From the NCBI GenBank assembly GCA_000993685.1, contig LBWP01000003.1:6196-70195 (forward strand): DNA of 64,000 nucleotides, in the 5' to 3' direction. Below the pieces are notes generated by a model, which had not been told where the DNA came from, searched no databases, and saw only the letters and a list, made by a program, of their open reading frames with translations. Shown in pieces: positions 63,925-64,000 of the stretch. Origin of the DNA: Candidatus Woesebacteria bacterium GW2011_GWA1_39_21 (GTDB lineage: Bacteria; Patescibacteriota; Microgenomatia; UBA8517). The position numbers and the translations under genes were made by a program. Positions within the stretch are counted from its first letter, which is position 1, and each line of letters starts with the position of its first letter.

Positions 63925-64000
63925 ATGGCCGACGAAATAGTCCAAATTCCAGTTGATCAACTTCAAGCGAATCCCTTACAACCTCGGGGGGCAATTACCC
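63925..64000 (+). CDS. ParB/Spo0J-like partition protein, N-terminal fragment only (runs off the window).
   Basis: MADEIVQIPVDQLQANPLQPRGAIT resembles the ParB N-terminal box (IPIDxIxPNPxQPR). Confidence 0.45.
   Translation, partial: MADEIVQIPVDQLQANPLQPRGAIT

Noticed and set aside
1-64000. Search for CRISPR arrays, IS elements, transposases, integrases and rRNA.
   Set aside because: No spaced direct repeats of CRISPR type were seen. No ORF had DDE-transposase, integrase or recombinase motifs. No rRNA-like conserved blocks were found. The only repeats are the three structured-element copies reported above.

Overview
This is a 64 kb, low-GC (roughly mid-30s % by eye), gene-dense window. Nearly all genes are on the + strand, and many gene pairs overlap by 4-20 nt. 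The gene content suggests a small-genome Gram-positive-like lineage, possibly Patescibacteria/CPR. Cues are a FemAB-like gene and a DUF4012-like gene beside the dcw cluster, many GT-C membrane glycosyltransferases, and no prp gene between rplU and rpmA. That placement is inference only.

Positions 30-28607 form one long cell-envelope glycan biosynthesis island.
- Two tandem YfhO/AftD-like membrane proteins.
- A Wzx-like flippase.
- About six GT4 (GT-B fold) and five GT2 glycosyltransferases.
- Three to four ArnT/PMT-like GT-C membrane glycosyltransferases.
- A DPM1-like polyprenyl-phosphate sugar synthase and a ManC-like sugar-1-phosphate nucleotidyltransferase.
- A SAM-dependent methyltransferase and a hexapeptide-repeat acetyltransferase.
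- An O-antigen ligase/Wzy-like protein.
- A small PglC/WbaP-type priming phosphoglycosyltransferase.

Next come a DUF4012-like extracytoplasmic protein, recO, a zinc-ribbon/coiled-coil DUF2130-like protein, a YdjM-like membrane hydrolase on the - strand, glyQS, and a secreted hypothetical protein.

Positions 35.4-58.9 kb hold a complete but unusually composed division/cell-wall (dcw) cluster. In order: an MraZ operator, mraZ, rsmH, ftsL, ftsI, murA, murE fused to a GlmU-like nucleotidyltransferase domain, murC, murB (- strand), murD, a class IV aminotransferase (- strand), an alpha/beta hydrolase, a split murF with an N-terminal transmembrane region, a DegT-type aminotransferase, a FemAB-like gene, mraY, ftsW, murG, ftsQ, ftsA and ftsZ. 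After ftsZ come ileS, a second SEDS protein, rplU, rpmA and the start of a parB-like gene.

The main hunt result is a modular, hairpin-rich repeat element of about 110-185 bp. I did not recognise it as any known RNA family. It occurs three times (5104-5255 +, 47338-47450 +, 58972-59155 -). Each copy sits exactly at a gene boundary, has compensatory stem changes, and carries a terminator-like GC hairpin. The ORF finder reads two of the copies into spurious N-terminal extensions of neighbouring genes. No tRNA, rRNA, CRISPR array, transposase or integrase was found.
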